Shown here in pieces: positions 44,787 to 63,843 of a DNA stretch of 64,000 nt. The DNA is from Salpingoeca rosetta (lineage: Eukaryota; Protista; Choanoflagellata): positions 2,535,970 through 2,599,969 of the forward strand of contig JAWQFM010000003.1 of NCBI GenBank assembly GCA_033442325.1. Direction: 5' to 3'. The position numbers and the translations under genes are program-made. The notes below the pieces were generated by a model. That model saw only the letters and a program-made list of their open reading frames with translations. It did not search any database and was not told the DNA's origin. Positions within the stretch are counted from its first letter, which is position 1, and every line of letters begins with the position of its first letter.

Positions 44787-45736
44787 CAGTGGCGTCACGC
44801 GAACAAAGTAGAAGCACGTCGCCATGTGTGTGTGTGTGTGTCTGTGTTTCATGTTGTTTGTAAACCAACCCCATCAATAGACTGCTATCGCCATTGACAT
44901 GGCTTCGCACGTTGCCAACCCTCCACGTGCAATGAGTGTCGTGGCTGTGGAGAGTGCCGTTGTAGTTCAAGAGCGTCAGCCCCATGCACGTCAGCTTACC
45001 AGCCTTGCAAGTTTCGCCTCAGCCCCATGCACAAGGAAGCAATGCACACACACGTTTGATTTCGCGTCGTCACACTCCTGCGTTTTGGACGTGCGAACCT
45101 TTCCTCCTCGTGATGGTGTTCACAATGTGTCACGGGGAAGGTTCAAAGAGTGTCTATTCATGCATGTTGATGTGCAGTGAGTCGGGGGCACACCCATGCT
45201 TCGGCTCAAGATCACAAGCACCAAACACGGTGGTGGGCAAAAAGGCGAGAAAAGAAGATTAAAAGGACCAGTCACATCGGCAAGTAAAGAAGCAAGACGC
45301 AAGAAGAGTGAAAGAGGGCTGGGGAGAGCGGCTGTTACCGTAAAGAGGACAGACAGCCAAGTGCCATTCACGAGCAGGTCAGGAGTGGTGTGTGACAGTT
45401 CGCCATTGTAACAACAAAAAGGAAGGGCTGAAAAGGAGACCAGGGTGCAAATAATGGCACGGGAAAAGAAAACTCAGTGGCTTAAGACCCTTGATTTGCA
45501 TGGGCAACAAGGATCAGAAGAAGAACACACGAGCAAGACGACAGCACGCGCATGCACAACACGAGGTACCTTTGCAACAACAACACATGGCTGACGAACA
45601 TATCGCTATACACAGACGCTCACGCTGCAGCAGCAACAAGGCAACAAGGCAACAAGGCAGGAAGCACGGACACTCAAACGCAACCGATGAACAAAAGAGA
45701 TCAGATACGAAGAACCTGAAGAACTGAAGAAGATTA

Positions 45737-45776
<40 letters not shown>

Positions 45777-46362
45777 GAGGAAGTGGTGGAAATTGAGGCC
45801 CTCTGGGCAAACAAAAAAAAGCAAGCAAACGCAACTGTAGCAGGAAGATCAGGCTCCAACACGTCTGAGAGCGAAGGAAGAAAGAAAAGGGTCATGTCAA
45901 AACACGAACAAACAAACAAGGGTGTGATGTAAGAGATCACACGCCCCCACTACAGCACTAGAGCACTACCACAACGCAACACAACATCCAGCGGTGGGGA
46001 GAAAACGACCGGTCTATGTTTGTGATTGGCTGCGTCACAACACACAACAAACAAACGGCAAACTCCTCAGCGAGATGCACTCCATAACTGCACAATGGCA
46101 CAGCTCTATGAGCCAGCACAACATTACTGCAACAAGTTCACAAATACAGTTCGCGTAACGGAGCGGTGACACATGACAACGGCACACCGCACACGTGTGC
46201 GTACGAATGCAGTGCCACTAGCCAAAGGCAAAGTGCTGTGGTGTGAGGTGACGTGACAACAGCAAGGACTTATCAGGAGCAGATAATAAACCACCTGTGG
46301 TTGCTTGCTTGCATGCAGGCAATGCAGGCAATGCCCGTGCAGCTGCTGAGCAATGCTCACGC

Positions 46363-49300
46363 TCACGACTGCGCTTCTGCGGTGGCGCTCAGCTTGGCGC
46401 GCTTTGAGTTCTGCTGTTCTTCGGCAGCGCCGTCTCCATCGACGACCGCCGCTCCAACGTGGTTGGCACCGCGCTCGCTGTCCTTGGTGCTGTCCTTGGT
46501 ACTGTCTTTGGTGCTGTCCTTGGATTGGGTTGGGCGGCGTGCTGCTGCTGAGGGCTTTGCTGGTTGCTGAGAAGCACGTGCACGCGTCGCATCCGCGTCC
46601 GCGCCATTGCCATTGGTAGGCTGGGCGCTGCTAGCACCACGCTTGGCCATGTCAGCAGCAACGCCAGCACCGCCGTACGCGTCCCCCACAGCCTTTTGCT
46701 CGAGTGCACCGGCATCCAACGACTCGTCGCCTTCCTCGCCGTCTTCTTCCTCGTCGTCATGCTCATTGTCCGTGCTGATGTTGCCACCATCATCGTCGTC
46801 ATCACCGTCATGGCTGCTGTCGCCGCCGCCGCTCTGGTTTGCCGTCGCGCCGCGCTTTGCACTTGAAGCCGTCCTGGCATTCTTCGCAGCGAGCTCCTGT
46901 AGACGAACGCGTCGCTTCTCAAGCACTGATGAACACACACACACACACAAAGGCGGTGGGGGCGAAGTAGGGTGCGGTAAGTTGTGAGTGGTGAGTGGTT
47001 AAGGCTTTAAGGGTATGTGTGGTGGTTGCGGCGACAATGATTGATGGAGAGCCGACAAGAAAAAAAAACTGCAGGCTTAAGCGTGGTGTTGTTGGCGCTC
47101 AATGGCAGTTGCACGTGCAGTCCTTCTTCTCAGGCACAGAGAGACTCACGGCTTTCAACGACGGACACGTCATAATCCATGACAGCAAGTGTTCGACACT
47201 GCGTGCACTTGACGTCTGTGATTGGGGAGGGGAATCAGGAAGGGAGGGAATGATGGGCAGCCAGGTTTGGTGAGTCGAAAAATAACCGACACGCGACACA
47301 ACGGTGCCCCTGCACAACGGAACACGCACGCACAAACGCACAGACATAGATACACAGACACGTACAGACAGGCAGACAGACAGACATACACAAAACACAG
47401 ACAAAAAGCTGAAAGCTTACATGATGGCACCATGTGGTGGAAGTGTTCACGAGTGCATGCGTGGTTTCGTGGACAGCCGCGCGCGAGCTTTAGCAACTCT
47501 GCAACGTCAGGCAGGCGTGGCCAATGCACAAGAAGGAAGAGAAGGAAATCAACAAGGTAAGAACTGAGGAGCATGGTTGTTGCGGGCTGTGGCTGACGAC
47601 GACTCTATCAGGCCAGCGTTGGGGCGCACGACTCAAGTTGCATGCAAATCCACGAGACTACTGACTTTGTTTGAACTCCTTGGGGGTCATGGTGTGCTTG
47701 CCGAGAGTGCGATACACCTTTGCAATGTCGTTGTACACGCCGCTGGAAAAAACACGCCGAGGACATAAGTGTTAGAAACAGCACCCAGTTGAGAGCCAAC
47801 CAAATTACGGCACCGTGTGAGCACTTTGCAGAACGTATCGTTCACAGTACAGGCCGTGTGGTCCAAGCATGCACGTGCATCTGTCACACAGGTCACGACG
47901 TATCATCACATCATTGCACAAAATCTACTTCTAAAACGACGCAACGCAGCTCGCAACACACACCACTCAAGCATTGACAACCACACTTGCACAACGCGCA
48001 ATCACACACACACACACACACACACACAACTTTGCGCATATTTGCAGAGTGACTACACGTCAGCATATAGGACCACCATCACTCTTTTACATACCCGTAG
48101 CATGTGGAACAGAGCCTGTTCAAGAATGTGGTCAAGGTCAACAACCGGACAACCCACCCCGGGAGAAGAGCGCTGACGTGAGTAAATGTTGTGGAATTGT
48201 TGGTTCCCAAGAAACACGATTGCAAGGAGAACACAATCAACCCCAAGCAGCACCAAGCACAAACACGAACCCATACACAGTGCGCGAAACAAGAGAACAC
48301 TGTTTATTCGCGGGAGAGCAGGACCTACTTTGATGAGGTGTGCCTGCCTGGGCCTTGGCAGATTGGACACGTTGGCCGGGGCTTGCGGCCGCGTCGTCTG
48401 GTGGGTGGCACGGCACGGTAGCCAGACTGTGCGTCCATGGCAGGTGCAGACATGGGCGTGAAGCCTCCGCCAACGGACAGCTGTGACGGCATGACGGCGG
48501 CAGACACGGGGCTTTGTTGGTATGGCATGGTGGAGGGCATAGCGCCCGTTGGAAAAGCACCTGTAGAGAACGCGTGCAATGCGGCTGGTTGGTGCTGCGA
48601 AGCAAACATCCACGGCTGCATGCTCGCGGCTGGGTTGGCGGCCATGAACCAAGGGTTGCTGGTTGGCTGCTGCTGCTGTGGTTGTTGTTGCTGTTGCTGC
48701 TGCGTTGGGTCACGGCCATCCTGTGCGGTCTGCTGTCGCAGCGGCGGCATACTGTGCTGCTGAAACATCATTTGTGGTGGAAGCATCTGGGCTACCGATG
48801 ATCCAGGATACGCCCTCGCTTGCTGCTGTTGCTGTCGTGCTTGCTCAGATTGCCCAGGCTCCTGCAGTTGCGCATTCTGTTGCTGCTGCTGCTGCTGCTG
48901 GAGCTGGTTCATTGCCATCTGCAACTGCATGGCATAGAGCTGCTGTTGCTGCCAGGCGGCCAGCTGTTGAGGGTCGAATCCAGAGCCACCCATGGCTGCA
49001 GGGGTGACTCTGGCCTGTGGCTCCATGCTTGAAGGCGCACCCTGATCTGGCACCAGGGGACCGGCAGGCGGCTGTGCGCGCTGCTGCTGCTGCTGCTGCA
49101 GTAATTGCTGCACCGGCGCGGACTGGAGTTGCACGGCCCGCTTCTGCACGCCTTTGGTGTTGTTGTTGTTGTTGTTGCTGCTGCTGCTTGCGTTTGCGTT
49201 TGCGTTTGCGTTGCTGCCGCCGCTGCGCTGGGTTGGTGGCCCTGCCTCGGTGTCAGCAACAGAACGGGGCATGGCAATTGCGTTCTTATCGCCCATGAAG

Positions 49301-49387
49301 CTGTCCGGACCGAAGGACAGCAAGTGAGGGAGAAGGCGGACAGGGGGGGGGGGGGAGGCTGGAAGTTAGGCGCACGGTGCTGCTGCC

Positions 49388-49418
<31 letters not shown>

Positions 49419-50654
49419 TTGTTGTTGAAGGAAATGCTTGCCTGCAAGCAAGCAAAGTGATAAACGGAAGCAAAACAACGATAGGCGAAGACATGCAATG
49501 GCGGGTATGAGTTCAAGACTTCCACCAAACAATTCGACACACAGACAGACAAGACAGACACACACAGACAGACACGCATATTTCATACACTCAGGATGGT
49601 TCGAACGGAAAGCGCGGCACTCACTCAGAAGCTTTGGTGTAGTGCTCGGTTGGGCTTTTGGGCGGTGGTGGCACACCTACCGTATGCAAATGGCAGTGGA
49701 ACCTGGCTCGACACTGGAGCAAATGAGTGCAGATGACCGACAAAGTGCAAGCAGGAGATGGGGGTGAGGGCGATGCGTGAAAGATGCTGAGGATGCTTGA
49801 AAAAGGATGTTGCTGAATTCGATGGAATGGAATCAAGACGAAAAGGGGCAAAGCAAGCCCGGTATGATGATTGGTGTGGATATAGCAAGCAAGCGAGCGA
49901 ACGCTGGATGCGATTAACAGTAGCACAAGAATTAGCAAGGAAACAAAAGGTAGAGGGAGAAGAAAAGACGAAGATGAGACAAAGGGAGGGAGAGGAAGAC
50001 AGAGAGAGGGGAAAAAGAAACGGAGAAGGAAAGAGGGCCTGGAAGTACAACAACAAGGAGACAAGGAAAAAAAAAAGCAGGAAGGAATCGCGGTGTGCGC
50101 GCAGCTTGCACGCAAGCAAGCAAGACAAACGCTCAGGGATATGGGGCTCTCAGTAGTGAGCTTGCGCTTTGCACCCCGCAAACAAAACACAGGCAAAAAG
50201 GCAGCAAACAGGAGAACATGCAAGCTTACGGTGAGTGATGTGACAACAGGCTGCTGACTGAACGAACAGCTGTGCCCACTGCTGCAATTGCGTTGCCTGC
50301 AGGCACGAACAGAAATGAGAGGGAGCGGGAGAAAGAGAAACAGGCAACGAAAATGAACAATGGTGGGTTGGGGATATGGGTTTCGTGGTCGCCAGAAAGG
50401 GAAGACGAGTGTCGAAACACATAAGTTGACAGTCCGTTGAGCAGATACAAGAGCGGCATGGAGCAGGATCGAGGATCGAAGAAGAAGAAGGAGGAGGAAG
50501 CAGCACAAGCAGCAGCTGGGTGATGCCAGGGAAACGGCGATGTTCCTGGTGGTGACTGGGTTTGAGGTGTTTGAGTGCACTTACCGTTGCTGTGCGCAAC
50601 AGGGAGTGTAGTAGGATTGACAAGCGCTTTGCTTCTTGCGAGTTGCACCTTCAT
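46363..50654 (-). CDS. Gln/Pro-rich putative transcription factor with a double C4 zinc finger of nuclear-receptor-DBD-like spacing (9 exons)
   Basis: Exons 50654-50585, 49676-49625, 49441-49376, 49300-48329, 48115-48095, 47742-47666, 47498-47421, 47215-47150 and 46925-46363 all join in frame with GT-AG ends. Core: RRRGRKPRPT-CPIC-QGPGRHTSSKL-CSTC-x35-CPRNHAC-x14-CTQCR. The three 5' exons are less certain; an alternative ATG is at 49296. Confidence 0.7.
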
Positions 50655-52453
50655 GAAGTTCAGGAAGGAGACGGACAACGATCTCTCCTTGGCTGCTTGT
50701 GGTGGCACTGTGCGGGCAGCTGCGCGAGGAAGCTGTTGCTGCTGCTGCTGCGGCGGCGGCGGCGTGGGCGGCGTGGCTGGGAAGCAAACCAACACCAAAA
50801 CCAAAACAATTGCCGCAGGCGGCTTTGTGTGGAGTGGGAAACAGACAAGTGGCGGTCTTGCAAGTCTGCAAGTCGGTGGGGTGAGATTTGATCTCGCAAT
50901 CTCCGACGCCTTGAGGGAGAAGCGATAGGGGCAACCATGCACACGAAAACCCGGTTGGGAATCGAGGTGGCAGTTCACAACAATGAAGTTCAAGGAAATG
51001 AGAAATGAGCGCTTGTTGCGTTGCACGCCTGCAGGCAGGCGAGAGGGCGCGTTGCTTCTGCGGCGACAATGGGCGTGTTCTGCGAGCGTGCGAAAGGTGC
51101 AAGCAAGGAGCTGAGGGAGCTGGAAAACAGCCAGGGATCGTGCGTGGAGAGCAACCCAACGGCGACACCGCAACCCGGCAACGCACAATGGATGAGAGAC
51201 CGGCTGTGGATGTTGCTGCAGGTGGCGTGCCGAACAACCAAAAGGCGAGGAGAAAGCCCACGGCTAGGCCAGCAATCCGCCAAACGGCAACAAGCCAGGC
51301 TGGTTGAAGGGGTTGAGCGCTGTGTTTTGGCAAACGTCAATCACTTCGTGCGCGTGTGGGTGCGTTGTGCTTTGAGTTGCAGTTGGTGGCGTGATGTCGC
51401 AGCGCACACGCAACTTGGAATGCCCCGGGTGTGAAAATTCGAAGCACACTCGAACAAAGCGTTCACGGCGGGCTTGATTGCTCCGCCTTGCTTGCTTGCG
51501 GCCATTTGCTTGGCGCTGCGTGGGTGACGTGGCACGGCGGGATTGCTCGTGCTGCTGCTGCCACGAATGCTGATGATGATGGCATGCAGGGGTTGGTTGG
51601 CTGGCAAATTTATTTGGTGTGTGTGTGTGTGGGGGCGACAATCAGCACCGTTGTGTTGGCGGAAGTGGTGCACTTCCTTCTGCGTGCTTGTGCGTGCTTG
51701 TGCGTGCTTGCGAAGGGTGGGACACTTAAATCTGGACGTGGACCCTTAGAGGGACAAATAGACGAATTCGGTGCGGTCGACATGACGAAAGCTGGCCCCG
51801 TTTGACCATTTGCACATGATTATGTCGGCTATGGAACGACAACGCAACATGCGTGGGACATGCGTGGGACAGTGCGTTCGGGTGGTTGTGAAATTTTAAC
51901 CTTGGGTGGCGACGCAGTCGTAGCAGCAGCTGGGGAAAATTTGAACCGAACACGAGTGATGATGAGGGCGCGAAAGTTGGCGCGGGGTTGGATACAGCGA
52001 GGTGGAGGGGAGAGAAGGAAAAGGAGAACAACGTCCATGGGCAAGCAGAAAGGGGGAAAAGGAGAACAACGTCCATGGGCAATGAGAAAAGGAACTGCAT
52101 TCATAACATTGTAAACCTGAACAGAGTAGAGCGAGTGCCATGAGGACAGAAGCACATGTGACGTAAGTTGGCTTATCAACACGTGTGAACAAGACAAAGG
52201 GAAGGTACAGCGATGCAGAGGGAATAGTAAGCGAACACTGTAACCTCACAAACACGGACCCAGAGGGACTCAAAGAGACTGGAAGGAGGGCGGTGTGGAG
52301 AAAGTCAATAACGGGAAGGAGGGCGGTGTGGGAAGAGAGGTGAACACATGCAGACACACAGACACCCAGACCCAGACCCAGACAGACACAGACACACAGA
52401 CACACAGACACACAGACACACAGACACACACACACACACACACACACATGTGC

Positions 52454-53219
52454 TCAACAGTGGGGCTCGCCGCCACCAAGACGGTGCACGGCATTGTCGA
52501 GTGCCATCTCAATCTGACAGTGGCTCTGCAGGATGCTGAGCTTGGGCCACGTGGCCAGCTGTCCCACAAGCACGCCGTGCCGCACCCGCTCAGGCGTTGG
52601 ATTCGACACCAGGCTGGACACGTGCGAGCGAGTGAGCAAGACGTGAGCAAGCGAGTGAGGGAGAATTGAAGGTGGTGATGGTGATGGGGAGTGGATTGCA
52701 TGCGTACAGGAATGTAAGAACGCGCGGGAAAGTAAGAACGCGCGTACAGGAGCAAGAGAAGCCTTTGCACAAACAGGCAACACTCCGACATCATACCATA
52801 CGTATCACACGCAGTTCCACACACGCTCCACGCACCCACCTCCACACTTCCCACTTCCACAAACGCACTAGAGATAATCGTTGAGGGTGACGCGTGGGGT
52901 GACTGTGATGTCACCGCTGTAGGGCTGTGATAACAAGTGGCTGAAGTTCTTGATCCAGTGAGGTTTGAACCCAAGCTTGAGCAGCTGTTCAAGCCGATAC
53001 AGCATCTGTGCACGGGGTGTGTATGTGCGTGAGTGAGTGCATGTGTGAGAGTTGGGGCGTGTGGGAGAGTCAGCACGCGCAAAGAAATGGTTGATGGACG
53101 AGGCACAAACAAGATCAAGCGTGGCAGGACAGCACATGAAGAGACAGAAAACCGTTCGGCAGGCAGCATGACTCACACGTCACCTGACAGAAGCACAACA
53201 CACACACAAACACACACAA

Positions 53220-53250
<31 letters not shown>

Positions 53251-53498
53251 CACACAAACAAACACACACACACACACACCTCGGAGCGCACGAGCTGCAG
53301 GAGTCGACTGTTCCAGAAGGAGCGATAGCGCAGAAACGGGAGAATATGCGGATTCACCTGCAAACGGTGGTGGTTGGTTTGCAAGTTGTGGTTGCGTTCG
53401 TCGAGACACGCAGAGCGAATGAGAAATGGAGGGCATAGGTGGGTCACACTCGCGTCACACAATATACAATGTAAGTGTGTTCGAGAGAACAGTTGGTC

Positions 53499-53547
<49 letters not shown>

Positions 53548-56500
53548 GGCAGGCAGACAGACAGACAGACACACACACACACACACGCACGCACCAGCAC
53601 AGACAAGCGCACAACATACTTGGCTGACGATAAAATGGTTCACATTAAAGTGCTCAGCCAGCTGTTCCATGGGCAAATCTGTCTCCATCGAGCCTGGTTG
53701 CGCGGCACAAGCGAAAGCAGGAAAGGGCAAAGGGAAAAGCGAACGAGGTGAAGCAGGTGAGGCAGATGCGACGTGCAAGGGAGGGGGAGGTGGTGAGCAA
53801 CGCATGCGACTAAGACAAGAGTGGAGGCTCAATCCGAAACACATAGGCGATCACAGTCAGGAACAACAACAAGAACAACAAGAACAACAAGAACAACAAC
53901 AACAAGAACAAGAACAACAACTTAAACAACAACAACAACAAGAGCAAGAACAACAACAACAACATGCTGGCCAAGTCAAACTATTCACATCAGGTGGTTC
54001 CAAGGGCGCTCACCCTCTCTCACGTACCGTCACTCCACACTTGTCCGCCCGGGTTCCACGCCACGCGACGCCCATGCCCAAACTCAGCCTTGATCTGTGA
54101 TGTGAAACAGGTGAGTGGATGAGCAAGTCAAAGAGGAAGTGGGGAGACAAAGTGGAAGGTGAGAAGAGGAGACGGAAGCGAAGGTATGACACACTGCCAG
54201 CATCGCAATAACGAACAACACAAAGAATAAGAGCAACAAACAACAAACAAACAAACAAACAAACAAACAAACCAATAAACAACCACATACACATACACGC
54301 ACACACGCACACAAACCCACCTCGACGGTGTCAAAGAGGCCCATGAGAGCGCAGGAGGCGCACGCGGCGCTGGCGATGACGACATTCGGGGCAGTGAGGT
54401 GGTTGAGCAGGCGTGGCGACTCGCTCTGCATATTGCCGGTGGCACGCGTGCATGTGCATGCGTTAAAATCGTTTGGGTTGTTTGGGTGTGCCGTTGTGGT
54501 TGTGGTTGTGTTTGGTCAGTTGGTTGTGTTGTGTTGTGTTGTGTTGAAGACGAAGGGGAAGCGAGTGTCAGCGCAAATTTGTCACATGTACATGTGTGCA
54601 ACGCAAGGTTGTGGAATGCGGAGCGATTAGTGCACAGCCACCACGCGCGTTGTTCCCAAGGCCCAGGTGCATGCAAGAACACGATGGTGACAGCAACTCA
54701 CGGAATCGCGGGCGTTGATGGTGATGTTCAGCACACGGCCCGTTCGCTTGTACGCCTCCTGTCAAGCAGTGAAACGTGGGTGTTGGTCGTTGGCCATGGC
54801 ATGCAAATTCTTGCTCTGTGGGCTTGTGACACGATGGCCAAAATTCAACCCCCCCCTCCCGGGAAACAACATTCACCCCTGTGGACCATCCCACGAGTAC
54901 CGTAAGACAGGCGGGGCAATTGGGACGCCACAGTGGAACTCAGTTGTTGTCGCACCTCAAACGTGATGTCACCGATGTTGTCATAGATGCACTTCTCCAG
55001 CACACGCACGTCCGCCATTGACCCGGTCCTGGGCAGCAGCGCATGCCGTGCAAGGGGGGGGGGGCCGGTGAGCAAGTAGGTGAGAATGTGAGCCTATTGA
55101 AGTGAGTCAAAGTGGGTAAAGGTCACGCACGTACGTTGGGAAGGAAATTGGCGGAGTGACCAAGGACAAATGCACACTCCACCCACTGCTCTGTCTTCCC
55201 CTTCGTTCCCGGTCACACCTGAAGAGGCGCCGAAGGAGCGACGCAAAGTCAACGTCTTCCCCGTCAGGCACCAGCAGATTCCTGTGCCACACACATTCAA
55301 ATGTTGCCGAGTGCGTGAAGATGAGACAGGTGCGCGTGGAGTATTCCTGTATCCACCTCACACCAAACACGTCCAATGCACATGTACACATGCATGCATG
55401 CATGCATGCATCATGCGCACGCGTACGCACACATACACAGACACAGGAACAGGCACAGGCACATGCACACACACAGACAGACACTCACACACCCACACCC
55501 ACACCCACATACACACATACAAACAGACATACACACCCACACAACCACAACTGACCAGTTTTTGACGTCTGGAATCTCATTCTCGAAGAACTCGTCCAGC
55601 TCCTCGTCCGTGCGCGTGCAGATGAGACTGGCCATCAGAGAGCCTGCCGACGACCCGGACAGAATGCGCGGCAACAGCCCTTCCTTATGCAACACACGCA
55701 CAACACCGAGGTGGTAGATGCCAAAGCCGCCACCGCCACTCAGCAGCAGCGCAGAGCGGCCAAACGAGCTTCGCATTGCCTCAAACATCTGCAGCTTGTC
55801 CTCGTGCGAGAGGCCAGGGATGTTTGTGTCCGCGAGGTAGTTGATTTGGTACACCACCTCGCTCACGTACTGCTCAATCAGGTCCTTCGTGCCGTGGTAG
55901 CACCGCTCAAACAGCTTTGGGTTGCCCATGTTGGCCAGGTTGCGGTGTAAGGTCGTGCGGAGCAGCCACGCCATGCGTGCGCGGTCGTCCTTCATGCGCG
56001 CCTGGTAAAACGCGTCCAGGTGGTCACGCAGCAGCATGTAGTCGTACAGCGTGCTCTCAAACCCCATCTTCCACGTCACGTTCCCCACCAGCTTGTCGAG
56101 CTGGATGGCCGTGTCCTTCCACTCGTCGTACGTGCGCGCATGTTTGAGCTGGTATCGCAGCGTGGCCTTGAGGCTTGAGCGCTGCGACGGGCCCAGGCCA
56201 CGCGTCAGCCAGTGCGCGGCAATCTGGTTGGCCACGTCGCACACGTCTGCAAACAGCTCCACCACGCCCGTCACAATGCTTCGCGTGCCAGAGAGGGAGC
56301 CTGTCGTTACCCACGCAAAGCGCACCAGCACGGCACGCAGCACGTGCACTACCGTCCACACCGCCATCAGCAGCGCTGTCTTGAGGTGCAGCAGGCTGTC
56401 GCGCGCCCACCACGCCCCCTGTTGCCAATACCGCCGCCACCACGACGCTGTCCTCGCGCCAGCATCTGGTTCTGTGATGTGATCGTAAACGCGTACCCAG

Positions 56501-57562
56501 AATGATTCACAACAGCACGACGTGCATGCATGGACATGATGTACGAACGTGAGCATGCAGGTACACGTGCGGCTGCGCGTGCAGATATTCAACGACAAGA
56601 CAAAGGCAACAGGCACTTTGCAAGCGGTGAACACACACACACACACCAAAAGAAAGAAACCCCAACCATACTTACACACACACACATGCACGCGCATGCA
56701 TGGACAAACAGACAGACAAACGGACAGATAGAGATAGGCAGAGAGAGAGATGCAGCCACACACACAAACAAACAAAAAAGCACACAAAAAAACACAGACA
56801 CCACACATCACACACACACACACACACACATACATACACACCTGCGCTTGTTGCTGGTGCCTCGTCGTGTTGGGTACCGGGGAAGTGGAGATTGCGGTTG
56901 AAGCGACGGGAGCCTGCTGCGGCCCGTCTTCTGCTGTTCTTGTCCCTTGCAGTTGCATGTGGGTCGTTTGCAATGCCAGAGTCTTGGTGGTCTAATACAC
57001 CGTCCTGTTGGGCCAAAGGTGACCTGATACGCTCGCGGCCAACGACACCGGTGCTGCTGGAGCGCAAGGAGAGACGAGCTGTGGCTGTTTTGTCAGCAGC
57101 ACCGACACCATTGCCGCTGGTACTTACACTCGCTTCTTCTTTGCCTTCATCATCATCTTCGTCTTCTGCAACACCATTTACACCATCAGCGTTCTTGTTG
57201 TCGGCGTTGTCGTCGTCGTCGTCGTCGTCGTCGTCGTCCTTGTCGTTGCTGATTCCTCGCACGTCGTCATCCTCTGATTCATCCGAGGTGGGTGCATGAC
57301 TGTGGTCGTTGGGAATGGGGCTGCTCCTGATGCTGCTGACGCTGCTGTCATCCAGCATGGGTCTGGGTTGTCTATCGTGGTTCGTCGTGGTGTCAGCCAA
57401 GTGTTTGATGGTGCCATCGACACCATCCACGTGTCTGTCATGGTTGTGGTTGGAACTGCCAAAGGTGGCCTTGAATCCTTTCCATACATTCGACAATGTC
57501 GCTGATTTCGGTGAACGAGAAGGGCTACTACTGCCCACAGCATCGCCACCCTCTGTCTCCAT
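52454..57562 (-). CDS. Patatin-like triacylglycerol lipase of the SDP1/TGL3-4-5 type (DUF3336 + patatin)
   Basis: ARTYDEWKDTAIQLD, W....ESTLYDY, LHRNLANMGNPKLF...GTKDLIEQY (DUF3336-type); FGRSALLLSGGG (oxyanion), ILSGSSAGS (catalytic Ser), GDITFE|EAYKRTGRVLNIT, PRLLNHLTAPNVVI, WSD|GSMETDLPM (catalytic Asp) and FNVNHFIVSQ|VNPH. Confidence 0.93.
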
Positions 57563-57563
57563 G

Positions 57564-57678
<115 letters not shown>

Positions 57679-57819
57679 ACGGATGCTGTGTTTGAAGCGA
57701 AGCAAGTGCAAGCGCAGCAATGCGAGAGAGCTGCGTGGGGAGGAAGCGAAAACCAAACAAACCAAGGAAATGTGTTGGAAGTTTTCCACAAATCGCCAAC
57801 AACAGAGGCAAAGTCGACA

Positions 57820-63843
<6,024 letters not shown>

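Noticed and set aside
45470-45520. ctcagtggcttaagacccttgatttgca resembles a tRNA D-arm and anticodon arm
   Set aside because: No acceptor stem or TTCGA T-loop is present.
47815-47880. Possible extra Cys-containing exon (CTCMLGPHGLYCERY) inside the zinc-finger gene
   Set aside because: It has no convincing phase-compatible donor before a stop, and the model is in frame without it. RNA-seq is needed to exclude it fully.
49621-51333. Long hydrophobic ORFs (319, 320 and 250 aa) on the minus strand
   Set aside because: They are low-complexity C/T-rich intron or UTR sequence with no motifs. Only the short exons 50654-50585 and 49676-49625 fit the spliced model.
53861-53965. Gln/Glu-rich ORF on the plus strand (53426-54100)
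   Set aside because: It is an AAC/AAG triplet repeat antisense within a lipase intron.
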